Source: Nitrospirota bacterium (lineage in GTDB: Bacteria; Nitrospirota; Thermodesulfovibrionia; Thermodesulfovibrionales; JdFR-86). From it: a stretch of DNA of 64,000 nt. This document shows, in pieces, positions 21,499 to 31,216 of the stretch. Numbering within the stretch: position 1 is the first letter of the stretch; each line of letters opens with the position of its first letter. A program made the position numbers and the translations under genes. The stretch covers positions 1-64,000 of the forward strand of contig CAVRJY010000001.1 in the NCBI GenBank assembly GCA_963721805.1, written 5' to 3'. The notes under the pieces were generated by a model. That model was not told the DNA's origin, made no database searches, and was given only the letters and a program-made list of their open reading frames with translations.

Positions 21499-22260
21499 TT
21501 GACCAGCGACGAACAGATGGCGCCCCGCCCCGAGTTTCTGAGCGTCGTTATACCGGCCTATAACGAGGCCCTGCGGGTGCCGCCCACGATAGAGAGGGTC
21601 TCTGAGTTCCTCAGGGGACGCATGGGAGGCTTCGAGATCCTGCTCGTCGACGACGGGAGCACCGACCACACCGTGACGTTCGTCCGCCGTATGACCTACA
21701 AGTTCCCGGCGGTGCGCATCATCCAGTCGCCCCGCAACATGGGCAAGGGCCATGCGGTGCGCGCGGGCGTGATGGAGGCCAGGGGAGAGCTCATCCTCAT
21801 CACGGATGCCGACCTCTCGACGCCTATAGAGGAGATCAAGAAACTTCTGCCCGCGATAGACGGCGGCGCGGACTTCGCGATAGGCTCTCGCGCGCTCGCG
21901 CGCTCCGAGATCATGATCCGCCAGCCCTGGCACCGCGAGGTCATGGGCCGGACGTTCAACCTCATCGTCAGGGCGCTCGTGATGGGCGGGCTGCACGATA
22001 CGCAGTGCGGGTTCAAGCTGATGAGGGCGGAGGCGGCGCGCCGGGTCTTCGGGCTTGCGCGCATAGACGGCTTCGCGTTTGACGTCGAGGCGCTCTATAT
22101 CGCGCGGAGGCTCGGGTACGGGATCGCGGAGGTCCCGGTCGTCTGGCTGAACTCGCCCTCGTCGCGCGTGGGTCTCGTCGCTGCGCCCGCCTCGATGTTC
22201 GGAGAGCTGCTCCGCATCCGCCTGAACGCGGCGCTCAAGCGCTACGCCCCGCCTGCTTAG
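21499..22260 (+). CDS. GT2 glycosyltransferase (dolichyl-phosphate glucosyltransferase-like)
   Basis: SVVIPAYNE, DDGSTD, GKGHAV, DADLS, DTQCGFK; start uncertain. Confidence 0.88.
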   Translation: MTSDEQMAPRPEFLSVVIPAYNEALRVPPTIERVSEFLRGRMGGFEILLVDDGSTDHTVTFVRRMTYKFPAVRIIQSPRNMGKGHAVRAGVMEARGELILITDADLSTPIEEIKKLLPAIDGGADFAIGSRALARSEIMIRQPWHREVMGRTFNLIVRALVMGGLHDTQCGFKLMRAEAARRVFGLARIDGFAFDVEALYIARRLGYGIAEVPVVWLNSPSSRVGLVAAPASMFGELLRIRLNAALKRYAPPA

Positions 22261-22678
22261 CGGCCCCGCACTTCCCGCACAGCCCCTTGATCTCGAGCGT
22301 GTGCGCGGTGCCCTTAAACGAGCGCTCGGCGCAGAGCTCGTCCTGCAGCCTCTCAAGCTCCGGCGAGTAGAACTCTATCACGCGGCCGCAGCCGGTGCAG
22401 AGCATGTGGTCGTGGTGGCCCCGGCCTATCGCAAGCTCAAACCTCGAGTGCCTGCCGGAGGTCTCGACCGGCTGGATGATGCCAGCCTCAAGCAGGAGCG
22501 GCAGCGTGCGGTATACGGATGCTGTCGAGACGCCCCTGGAATGCCGCCTCGCGGCCGCGAGCAGGTCCTCGGGGTCGAAGTGCCCCCGAAGCCCGAGCGC
22601 GCCGCGCAGTATCGCCTCGCGCCCGGCCGTATAGCGGAGCCCCCTGGCCTTGACGAATTCCCTGAACCGCTCTGACAT
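22235..22678 (-). CDS. fur: Fur family transcriptional repressor
   Basis: SVYRTL, HHDHMLCTGCG, GLCGKC. Confidence 0.9.
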   Translation of the reverse strand: MSERFREFVKARGLRYTAGREAILRGALGLRGHFDPEDLLAAARRHSRGVSTASVYRTLPLLLEAGIIQPVETSGRHSRFELAIGRGHHDHMLCTGCGRVIEFYSPELERLQDELCAERSFKGTAHTLEIKGLCGKCGAAKQAGRSA

Positions 22679-22682
22679 CGGG

Positions 22683-23342
22683 CTATATCTGCCTGACGTA
22701 TATCCCGGCCGCGATCTCCTCGTCGAGAGCCAGCGTGGTCTCGTCGATCATGATCACGTACGAGGGCCTCTTCTGGCTCAGGCGTATGGTCGCGCCCGGC
22801 ACCAGCCCCATCGAGGCGAGCCTCTCGGGGGCGGTGGCGGCGATGAACTGCACGCGCGCGGACTTCCCGACGTCCATGTCCCGGAGGCTCTGGACGAGCG
22901 GCTTCATCTTTTTGGTGAGCATCGTGCAGCACTTCCCGGGCGGGATCGGCTTGCCGTGCGGGCAGGTGGGCGGGTGGCCGAGCATCGTGCATATCGCGCC
23001 CTCGACTTCGGAGCTGATCGCGTGCTCGATCAGGCAGGCGTCGCGCTCGAAGTCCTTCAAGTCCAGGACGTCCGCGAACAGCCGCTCGGCGAGCCTGTGG
23101 CGGCGGATGATGTCGCGCGCGCGGCCCTCGCCCGCCTTGCCGAAGGTTACGGTCTCGCCCTCGATCAAAAGATATCCGTCGCCGCGCATCCGCATGATCG
23201 CGGCCTCGTCCTTGAAGGTCGCGATCAGGTCCTGAAGCCTCACCGGCCCCTGCTCGGACTTCTCCCAGACCTCCTCCAAAACCTCGTCTTCAAAAAGCGC
23301 CTTGTCGATCCCGGCGCATGCCATTACCTTTTCTTCGCCCAT
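22683..23342 (-). CDS. DtxR/MntR-like metal-dependent regulator with C-terminal FeoA domain
   Basis: IIRRHRLAERLF, ACLIEHAIS, CPHGKPIP, RLASMGLVPG. Confidence 0.85.
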   Translation of the reverse strand: MGEEKVMACAGIDKALFEDEVLEEVWEKSEQGPVRLQDLIATFKDEAAIMRMRGDGYLLIEGETVTFGKAGEGRARDIIRRHRLAERLFADVLDLKDFERDACLIEHAISSEVEGAICTMLGHPPTCPHGKPIPPGKCCTMLTKKMKPLVQSLRDMDVGKSARVQFIAATAPERLASMGLVPGATIRLSQKRPSYVIMIDETTLALDEEIAAGIYVRQI

Positions 23343-23352
23343 ACGTGCCCCC

Positions 23353-25356
23353 TTAGATCGTTATCCCGAAGGTATGGATGGCCCAGTTCAGGAGCCCGCC
23401 GGCCCCGAGCGCGACCAGCAGTATCAGGCCGGTCATCGACAGGGCCGCGGCCATGCCGCGCTCCTTGATCATCATCAGAAAATGCGCCATGCACGGCACG
23501 AACAGCGTGATCGTGACGATGCTCACCAGCGACTGCACGGGATCGAGCATCCCCTTTTCCGCAAGCGCGTAGAGCCCGGCGGCGCCGTAGTCGCGCCTGA
23601 AAAACCCGATCAGGAACGAGTCGGTCGCTGCCTCCGGCAGCCCGAGAAACCCGGTCACGAGCGGCGCGCCGAGCTTGTGTATCACAGCGAGCAGCTGCAG
23701 CTTGTCGAGCATGAAGAGCGCGAACGTCCCGGCCATGAACAGCGGCACGGCCTCCTTGAGATACCATATCGCACGGTTCCAGGTCTTCATGCCGATGTTC
23801 TTGGCCACCGGCACCCGCATCGGCGGGATCTCGAGGAAAAACTCCGAGGGCTCGCCCTTTACTATCTTAGCGGCCAGCCAGCCGCCCAGCAGCAGCACGC
23901 CTATCAGTATCCCAAGCCAGATGATAAACGCCTTGGCCGATAGCCCACCCAGTATGCCCAGTATCACGCCGAGCTGGGCCGAGCACGGCACCGCGAGCCC
24001 GAGCAGGAACGTGGCGATCATCCGGTCGCGCCATGTGTCGAGTATGCGCGTCGTCATCACTGCCATAGTGCCGCACCCAAGCCCCAGCACCATCGGGAGC
24101 ACGGCCTTGCCGTTTAGGCCCATCACCTTAAAGGTACTGTTGCTCATGATCGCGAGCCGCGGCAGATATCCGCTGTCTTCGAGGATCGAAAACGCTATGA
24201 AAAAGGTCGTCGTTATCGGAAGCACTATGCCTATCGCGTACGTGACGGCCATCGTGATCAGGCCGTACTGCCCGACGAGCATGTCCTTTAGAAATTGCGT
24301 TGGGACGGCCGCGTTGACCAGCGCGGTCACGGCCGGGTTGAGGTACTTTCCGAAGATCGTATGCTCGAGGAAGTCCACGAGCACCCCGGCCCCGAACACG
24401 CCGACGAACTCGTACATCAGGTACAGCACGACCGCGAGCACCGGCAGCCCCCAGAATGGGTGGATGCTCAGCCTGCCGAGCGCGGCGAGCGGGGAGTCCG
24501 GCTTTGCGGTCTCGCGGCTTATGTGGCGCTCCGCGATCTCCGAGGCCGTGCGCATCCGGGTCTCGTTCACTATCGCCACGACCTGCCGTCCGCCTAGCTT
24601 GCGGTTTAGCTCGACGCTCAGGCGCTCTATCTCCTGCAGCACCGAGAGCGAGAGCCGCTGGTTTAACCACTCCCAGATCGCGCGGTCCCCGGAGAGCGCC
24701 ATCACCGCGACCGAGCGCTTCGAGATCCCGGTATCCGGCAGGAGGAACACGACCTCCTGCACGTATTCTTCGAGCGGCGCGGGGTACGAGATCGGGATCT
24801 GCGGCACCGCCGACGGGCAGCGGCCTATGGCCGCGCGCAGCTCGCGCAGGCCGCGGCGCTCCGGGGCCACGGTGCTCAGCACCTCTATGCCCAGCAGCTT
24901 CGAGAGCCCCGTTCTGTCTATCTCGATGCCGCGCTCGGCGGCCTCGTCCGCCATGTTAAGGACGAGCACGACCGCGACGCCCATCTCGGCCAGCTGCACC
25001 GTGAGGGCCAGCGTGCGCTTGAGGTTCTTGGTGTCGCCTACCTGCACGACCAGCTCCGGCCGCTCGGCGAGCAGGATGTCGCGCGTCACGCGCTCGTCCT
25101 CGCTCATCGGCAGGAGGCTGTTGACGCCCGGCGTGTCGACGAGGTGAAACCCCCGGCCCTCTATCGTCAGGTTGCCGCTGAAGACCTCGACCGTGGTGCC
25201 CGGATAGTTGGAGACCGTGGCGTATTTGCCCGTAAGGAGGCCGAACAGGACGCTCTTGCCTACGTTGGGTGCGCCTACGAGCAGCACGCGGCCGTAGCCT
25301 TCCTTGTTGTTTCGCCGGACCTCGGCCTCGCCGCGTTCGGTCGTGTGGCAAGCCAT
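23353..25356 (-). CDS. feoB: Ferrous iron transporter B
   Basis: GAPNVGKS, NYPGTTV, DTPG, NMAD, EDSGYLPR, GLGC, VPCSAQ. Confidence 0.95.
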   Translation of the reverse strand: MACHTTERGEAEVRRNNKEGYGRVLLVGAPNVGKSVLFGLLTGKYATVSNYPGTTVEVFSGNLTIEGRGFHLVDTPGVNSLLPMSEDERVTRDILLAERPELVVQVGDTKNLKRTLALTVQLAEMGVAVVLVLNMADEAAERGIEIDRTGLSKLLGIEVLSTVAPERRGLRELRAAIGRCPSAVPQIPISYPAPLEEYVQEVVFLLPDTGISKRSVAVMALSGDRAIWEWLNQRLSLSVLQEIERLSVELNRKLGGRQVVAIVNETRMRTASEIAERHISRETAKPDSPLAALGRLSIHPFWGLPVLAVVLYLMYEFVGVFGAGVLVDFLEHTIFGKYLNPAVTALVNAAVPTQFLKDMLVGQYGLITMAVTYAIGIVLPITTTFFIAFSILEDSGYLPRLAIMSNSTFKVMGLNGKAVLPMVLGLGCGTMAVMTTRILDTWRDRMIATFLLGLAVPCSAQLGVILGILGGLSAKAFIIWLGILIGVLLLGGWLAAKIVKGEPSEFFLEIPPMRVPVAKNIGMKTWNRAIWYLKEAVPLFMAGTFALFMLDKLQLLAVIHKLGAPLVTGFLGLPEAATDSFLIGFFRRDYGAAGLYALAEKGMLDPVQSLVSIVTITLFVPCMAHFLMMIKERGMAAALSMTGLILLVALGAGGLLNWAIHTFGITI

Positions 25357-25382
25357 CTGTTGAGCCTCACCTCGCCTTCCTT

Positions 25383-25401
25383 ATTGAAAATGATTCTCAA
25401 T
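25383..25401. promoter_or_regulatory. Fur-box-like operator upstream of feoB
   Basis: 19-bp imperfect palindrome ATTGAAAATGATTCTCAAT about 27 bp before the feoB start. Confidence 0.8.
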
Positions 25402-25447
25402 ATCAAGTATGCAGGGAGGTGCCCTTTATTGTCAAGCCGCCCTACTG

Positions 25448-25767
25448 AAAGCCGCGCTAAATGCGCGTGATACGTTGTCAGTGCTTCAAAGACGCGCCCT
25501 CGGAGTACGTTCAGTACTCCTCCGGGGTGCCATGGGCACCTCTGCCCCCAAGGAAAGGGGCCAACCGGCCCCTCTTATAAATGCCGTTGACCGCCCGCGC
25601 GATTAAGCATAGATAACACTAAAGCGCGATAAATCGCGTCAGACAAGGGTGCCACGGGCACTTTCTTTTTAGGAGAGGGTCCGAGACCCCGCAAGTGTAC
25701 TGGGATGTACTCTGGAGGACGGATTTCCGAGCCGTGACGACGTATCACGCGCATTTAGCGCGGCTTT
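25448..25767. repeat. Convergent pair of type B rod-hairpin elements (no cargo)
   Basis: Forward partial copy 25448-25573 and reverse full copy 25581-25767; the termini AAAGCCGCGCTAAATGCGCGTGATACG are perfectly inverted. Confidence 0.88.
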
Positions 25768-25825
25768 CCCATTAGATACATAACCCTTACATATACTTAT
25801 ATACTTGTGATAAAATGGGGGCACA

Positions 25826-27682
25826 ATGTTGACTAACAAGGCTATAAGCAAACTAATAGGGGACCTCTCAAGCCACGACGAGACCCGGCGCCGAAACGCC
25901 GCCCTCGAGCTGGCCGACGCCGACGAGCGCGCCCTCTACCCCCTGATACTCGCCCTCGACGACCCGAACTCCGGCGTCCAGGACGCCGCGATGCGCTCGG
26001 TCATCTCCATCGGCGGCGAGGTCGCGGCCTATATGGTCATCCCTCTGCTGAGGGGCGACGCGCTTCAGCGCAACACGGCGATAATCATACTTCAAAGCCT
26101 CGGGCGGGTCTCGGTGCCGCTGCTCTACCACCTCCTGAAGGACAAGGACGACGACGTCCGCAAGTTCGCCCTCGACATGATGGGCGAGATCAGGGAGGAC
26201 GTGATCCCGGAGCGCCTGATCCCGTGCATCGAGGACCCGAACGCCAACGTGCGCGCCGCGGCCGCAAAGACGCTCGGCGCGCTCCAGTTCACGGACGCGG
26301 TCCCGGAGCTGGCCGCCGCATTGGGCAGCGACGAGGAGTGGGTGATATTCTCGATATTGGAGACGCTCGGGATGCTGCGCGCCGAGGAGTCCGTACCGGC
26401 CATAGCCAAGCTGCTCAAAAGCGAATCGGTCGCGACGCGCTACGCCGCGATAGAGACGCTCGGGGTGATAGGCTCGGACGCCGCCATAGAGCCGCTGATG
26501 GAGGGAGTCCACAGGGCCCAGGACGGCGACGAGCGCGGCGCGCTCGTGCGGAGCCTCGTGCAGATCGGGCTCAGGCCCGAGATGAAGGAGCTCGCGCCCA
26601 CCCTCAGCTCGATGGTCCACGAGGGCGGGTGGGACGATAAATTGATAGCCATACGCGGGCTGGTCGCGCTCGGAGACTGCTCGGCCACGGTCGCGATAAT
26701 AGACGCCGCCGGGGCGCTCGACCCCTCGATGCCCGAGGACGAGGAGCGCCTGAGCGCGGCCCTCGACGCCCTCCGCACGCTGGGCTGCGCGGACGAGGTC
26801 CTCTCCGCGTTCGAGGACCAGAGGATAAAGTTCAAGGGCCGCACGATAGCGGCCGAGCTCCTCGGTGACATCGGCAGCCGCGAGGCCGTCCCCGCGCTGA
26901 TCGCCCACATGAGGGCCGACAAGCGCGACGTCAGGCGCGCATGCGCCGGGGCCATGGCCAAGCTCGCTGACGAAGAGAGCGCCGGGGCGCTGGTGGAATT
27001 CATACACGACGCGGACGGCCACGTGCGCAAGTCCGTAATCGGCACGCTCGGAAGCGTCAGGTACAAGCCCGCATACGACGCGCTACTGAAGATCGCCACA
27101 TCCCCCAAGGAATATATCGACGTGCTCGAGGAGTCCGTCAAGGCCATCTGCCTGATAGACCCCGATGCCGTGAGATTGGCTGTGCCTGCATTCTCCCCGC
27201 TGCTGCGCGAGATGTGCGGCAGGTACTCAGACGACCTCGCGACCCTGCTCGCGCTCTCGGACGACCGCGAGCCGGGCGTCAGGACCGCTGCCATCGCGGG
27301 GCTCGGGAAGCTCTCGGACGCAGCCGCGACCGAACGCCTCGAGCGAGCGCTCGCCGAGCCGGAGGCCGGGATCAGGCGCGCGGCCGTGATGGCGCTCGGC
27401 GCGAGCGAACGCTCGTCAGATAAGATCAACGCCATGCTCGCGGACCCGGACATCTGGGTGCGCGCCTATGCGGTCAAGGCCATCGGCGACAAGCTGGACC
27501 CCTCGACTATCGGGACGCTCGCCGTGATGATCGCCGACCCCGAGGCAGTCGTGGCGCTCGCAGCGGTCGAGGCGCTGTCGCGCATGGGCGGCGAGGACGC
27601 GATGCGCGCCCTGAGCGAGCAGTCCGCCTCGGCCGAAGGCCAGGTGCTAGAGGCCATAGAGCGCGCCCTGGAGTTTGCATGA
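25826..27682 (+). CDS. HEAT-repeat protein of the chemotaxis cluster
   Basis: Repeated D.D..VR..A...LG units; ATGA overlap with cheR. Confidence 0.88.
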   Translation: MLTNKAISKLIGDLSSHDETRRRNAALELADADERALYPLILALDDPNSGVQDAAMRSVISIGGEVAAYMVIPLLRGDALQRNTAIIILQSLGRVSVPLLYHLLKDKDDDVRKFALDMMGEIREDVIPERLIPCIEDPNANVRAAAAKTLGALQFTDAVPELAAALGSDEEWVIFSILETLGMLRAEESVPAIAKLLKSESVATRYAAIETLGVIGSDAAIEPLMEGVHRAQDGDERGALVRSLVQIGLRPEMKELAPTLSSMVHEGGWDDKLIAIRGLVALGDCSATVAIIDAAGALDPSMPEDEERLSAALDALRTLGCADEVLSAFEDQRIKFKGRTIAAELLGDIGSREAVPALIAHMRADKRDVRRACAGAMAKLADEESAGALVEFIHDADGHVRKSVIGTLGSVRYKPAYDALLKIATSPKEYIDVLEESVKAICLIDPDAVRLAVPAFSPLLREMCGRYSDDLATLLALSDDREPGVRTAAIAGLGKLSDAAATERLERALAEPEAGIRRAAVMALGASERSSDKINAMLADPDIWVRAYAVKAIGDKLDPSTIGTLAVMIADPEAVVALAAVEALSRMGGEDAMRALSEQSASAEGQVLEAIERALEFA

Positions 27683-28500
27683 GCCTCATCTTGCTGAAGG
27701 ACGACACCTTCAGGCAGATCACGGACTTCATCTACGAACACAGCGGCATATACCTGCCCGCCGCAAAGAAATACCTCGTCGAAAACCGGCTCCAGAAGGT
27801 CCTGGAGGAGAACAACTACAAGGGGTTCGAGGAGTTCCTCTACGCCGTGAAGTTCTCCCCCGGCGGCAAGGAGAGCACCCGCCTCTTTGATGCGATCACG
27901 ACGAACGAGACGTACTTCTTCCGCGAGCCGATGCAGTTCGACGTCTTCATAGACCATATCGTGCCGCGCGTGCTCGAGGACAAGAAGTCCATCGGGGACG
28001 TGAAGGTCTGGTCCGCGGCGAGCTCCACCGGCGAGGAGCCCTTCACGGTATCGATGATAATGCGCGAGCGGAGGCCCAACGTGCGGGCCGACATCTCGGG
28101 CTCGGACATAAGCACCAAGGTGCTGGATTCAGCGCGCACCGGGGTGTTCAGCTCGTACTCGATCAGAAACGTGCCGGAGGCGTACATGAAGAAGTACTTC
28201 ATGCAGCGCGGCCAGGAGTACCTGCTCTCGGCCTCGGTGAAGGCCTCGGTGAAGTTCAAGAACATCAACCTGATAGACCGCCGCCAGATGTCGGAGATGC
28301 GCAACGTAGACGTGATATTCTGCCGAAACGTCCTGATCTACTTCGACGAGAAGGCCAAGCAGAAGGTCGTCTCCGGGCTCTACGACGCCCTGCGGCCGGG
28401 CGGTTTCCTGATAATCGGCTCCAGCGAGAGCCTGCATAACGTCACCAGGGCCTTCAAGCCCGTGACGATAAACAAAGTCGTGGTATATCATAAGGCATAG
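27679..28500 (+). CDS. cheR: Chemotaxis methyltransferase
   Basis: TTNETYFFRE, WSAASSTGEEP, GSDIS, IFCRNVLIYF. Confidence 0.95.
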   Translation: MSLILLKDDTFRQITDFIYEHSGIYLPAAKKYLVENRLQKVLEENNYKGFEEFLYAVKFSPGGKESTRLFDAITTNETYFFREPMQFDVFIDHIVPRVLEDKKSIGDVKVWSAASSTGEEPFTVSMIMRERRPNVRADISGSDISTKVLDSARTGVFSSYSIRNVPEAYMKKYFMQRGQEYLLSASVKASVKFKNINLIDRRQMSEMRNVDVIFCRNVLIYFDEKAKQKVVSGLYDALRPGGFLIIGSSESLHNVTRAFKPVTINKVVVYHKA

Positions 28501-28517
28501 GGGGCAGCGGGCGGAAC

Positions 28518-28901
28518 ATGAAAATTCTCGTTGTTGACGACGACAAGACGACTCGCAAGATACTCGGCCTTTACCTCAAGAGCAAGGGCTACGAGGTCGT
28601 GTTCGCCGAAAACGGGCTCGACGCCATGGAGCAGCTCGGGCAGGAGACCGTCAACCTCGTCATGACGGACCTCAACATGCCCTACATGGACGGGCTCGAA
28701 CTCATCAAGACGATCAGGGCCGAGCCGAGGGTCCGGCACATACCGATCCTTATGGTCACGACCGAGGCCGACGAGGAGGAGCGCAAGAAGGCGTTCTCGG
28801 CCGGGGCGGACGGGTATCTCGTCAAGCCGGTCACGGCCACGATGGTCTCTGACAACATCAAGGAAATTCTCGCAAAGATATTCTCAAAAGGGGGATCATA
28901 G
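28518..28901 (+). CDS. Single-domain CheY-like response regulator
   Basis: VVDDD, TDLNMP, MVTTE, YLVKP. Confidence 0.9.
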   Translation: MKILVVDDDKTTRKILGLYLKSKGYEVVFAENGLDAMEQLGQETVNLVMTDLNMPYMDGLELIKTIRAEPRVRHIPILMVTTEADEEERKKAFSAGADGYLVKPVTATMVSDNIKEILAKIFSKGGS

Positions 28902-28904
28902 GAT

Positions 28905-29298
<394 letters not shown>

Positions 29299-29300
<2 letters not shown>

Positions 29301-29319
29301 GGGCCGACTGGCCCTTTTT
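29299..29319 (+). terminator. Possible intrinsic terminator / mini-hairpin after cheY
   Basis: AGGGGCCGACTGGCCCTTTTT. Confidence 0.45.
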
Positions 29320-29381
29320 ATCACGGCCGCTTTTTTGTAACGCTTAGTCTGAAACCCGCGCGAAGGGGGGGAGTACCGGCG

Positions 29382-31181
29382 ATGTCTGACGGAATGGAAG
29401 AGATCATAGAGGAGTTCGTTACCGAGGCCATGGAGTCTCTGGAGAAGATAGACCCGCTCTTCGTGCAGCTCGAGACCCAGGGCACCTCCGACAAGGAGAT
29501 CCTCAACGACATATTCCGCAGCATGCACACCATAAAGGGGGCCGCCGGGTTCCTCGGGTTTCAGCCGATAGTGGACGTGGCCCACAGGGCCGAGAGCATC
29601 ATGAAGCGCCTTAGAGAGGACGAGATGCAGGTCAGCACCTCCATCATCAGCGTCATCCTCAAGAGCGTCGACATGCTCCGCCTGCTGCTGACCCACATCA
29701 AGGTCCACGACAACGTCGAGGAGGACGTATCTGACCTGCTCAAGGAGCTCGACGGCGCGCTCGTAGGCTCACCGGCCGCGACCCCGCCTCCCCAGACGAT
29801 TAATGTGGCCGCAGCGCCAGGCCCTACCGCCGAGGAGGAGCTTTTAAGCGGGATCCCCGAGGCCGGGGAACACCTCGAGCCCGCTGCGGCCCAAAGCGCC
29901 GCGGCCAAGGCCGAGATCCCGCATACGCCCGGCGCGGCCCCAAAGCCCGGCGCGCCCCAGCACCAGCAGGGGCAGCCGCCCGCGGTGGCCCAGGACGCAC
30001 AGACGCTTAGAGTCGACGTCACGCGCATAGACAAGGTCATGAACCTCACCGGCGAGATCGTGCTCGTGCGCAACCGGCTGTTAAACGTCGCCAACTACCT
30101 CGACGCCAAGTACTCCGGCGACACGCACGTCGACGGCCTACAGGAGGCCGTCTCCTTCCTCGACCTCGTGACCTCGGACATCCAGCTCGCGGTCATGAAG
30201 ATGCGCATGCAGCCGATCAAGAAGGTCTTCAGCAAGTTTCCGCGCCTCGTGCGCGACCTCTCGCAGAGCCTCGGCAAGGACGTAGAGCTGCTCATAAGCG
30301 GCGAGACGACCGAGGTCGACCGCACCGTGATCGAGCGCATCGGCGACCCGATGGTGCATATCATCCGTAACGCGATAGACCACGGGCTCGAGCAGCGCGA
30401 GGCCCGCTTAAAGACAGGCAAGCCCGAGAAGGGCATCGTCGACATCAGCGCCTACCAGAAGGGCAACCAGATCGTGATCGAGGTCAGCGACGACGGCAAG
30501 GGCATGGACGTCGAGCGCATAAGGAAGAAGGTCGTCGACCGGGGCCTGCTCTCGGCCGAGGACGCCGCCAAGACCTCCGACAAGGACGTCCTGGAATTCG
30601 TCTTCCTGCCCGGGTTCTCGACCGTCGAGGTCGCGACCGAGCTCAGCGGCCGCGGCGTGGGGATGGACGTCGTCAAGACGAACATCTCGAAGCTCAACGG
30701 CTACGTCGAGATATTCACCACCAAGGGCGTGGGCACGACGTTTCGCATCAGCATCCCGCTTACGCTCGCCATAATACAGGCCCTCATGGTGCGCACCGAG
30801 GGCGTGCAGTACGCGATCCCTCTGGCGCCCATCGAGGAGACGCTCAAGGTCTCGAAGGACAAGGTCGACTACGTCACCGGCTCCAAGGTGCTCGCGATAC
30901 GCGGCAAGGTCTTCCCTCTCAAGGAGCTTACGGATGTCCTTGGCTCTCCCGCAGCCGGGGAGAAGGACAGCCGCTACGTGCTCGTTATAGCGATGGGCGA
31001 TAAGCGCTTCTGCGTTGCGGTCGACGAGCTGCTCGGTCAGGAAGAGGTCGTCATCAAGACCATCGACGGCATCGACACCGACTCGACCGGCATCCAGGGG
31101 GCCACGATCACCGGAGACGGCAAGGTCGTCCTGATCCTCGACCCCGCGAGCATGGCCAAGAGGTTCGCGGGTCAGGCTTAA
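29382..31181 (+). CDS. cheA: Chemotaxis histidine kinase (no evident P2 domain)
   Basis: FRSMHTIKG, HIIRNAIDHG, DDGKG, SGRGVGMDVV, C-terminal CheW domain. Confidence 0.95.
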   Translation: MSDGMEEIIEEFVTEAMESLEKIDPLFVQLETQGTSDKEILNDIFRSMHTIKGAAGFLGFQPIVDVAHRAESIMKRLREDEMQVSTSIISVILKSVDMLRLLLTHIKVHDNVEEDVSDLLKELDGALVGSPAATPPPQTINVAAAPGPTAEEELLSGIPEAGEHLEPAAAQSAAAKAEIPHTPGAAPKPGAPQHQQGQPPAVAQDAQTLRVDVTRIDKVMNLTGEIVLVRNRLLNVANYLDAKYSGDTHVDGLQEAVSFLDLVTSDIQLAVMKMRMQPIKKVFSKFPRLVRDLSQSLGKDVELLISGETTEVDRTVIERIGDPMVHIIRNAIDHGLEQREARLKTGKPEKGIVDISAYQKGNQIVIEVSDDGKGMDVERIRKKVVDRGLLSAEDAAKTSDKDVLEFVFLPGFSTVEVATELSGRGVGMDVVKTNISKLNGYVEIFTTKGVGTTFRISIPLTLAIIQALMVRTEGVQYAIPLAPIEETLKVSKDKVDYVTGSKVLAIRGKVFPLKELTDVLGSPAAGEKDSRYVLVIAMGDKRFCVAVDELLGQEEVVIKTIDGIDTDSTGIQGATITGDGKVVLILDPASMAKRFAGQA

Positions 31182-31216
31182 TCAAAACACACTAACCGCT
31201 GGAGGTTTTTCATAAA

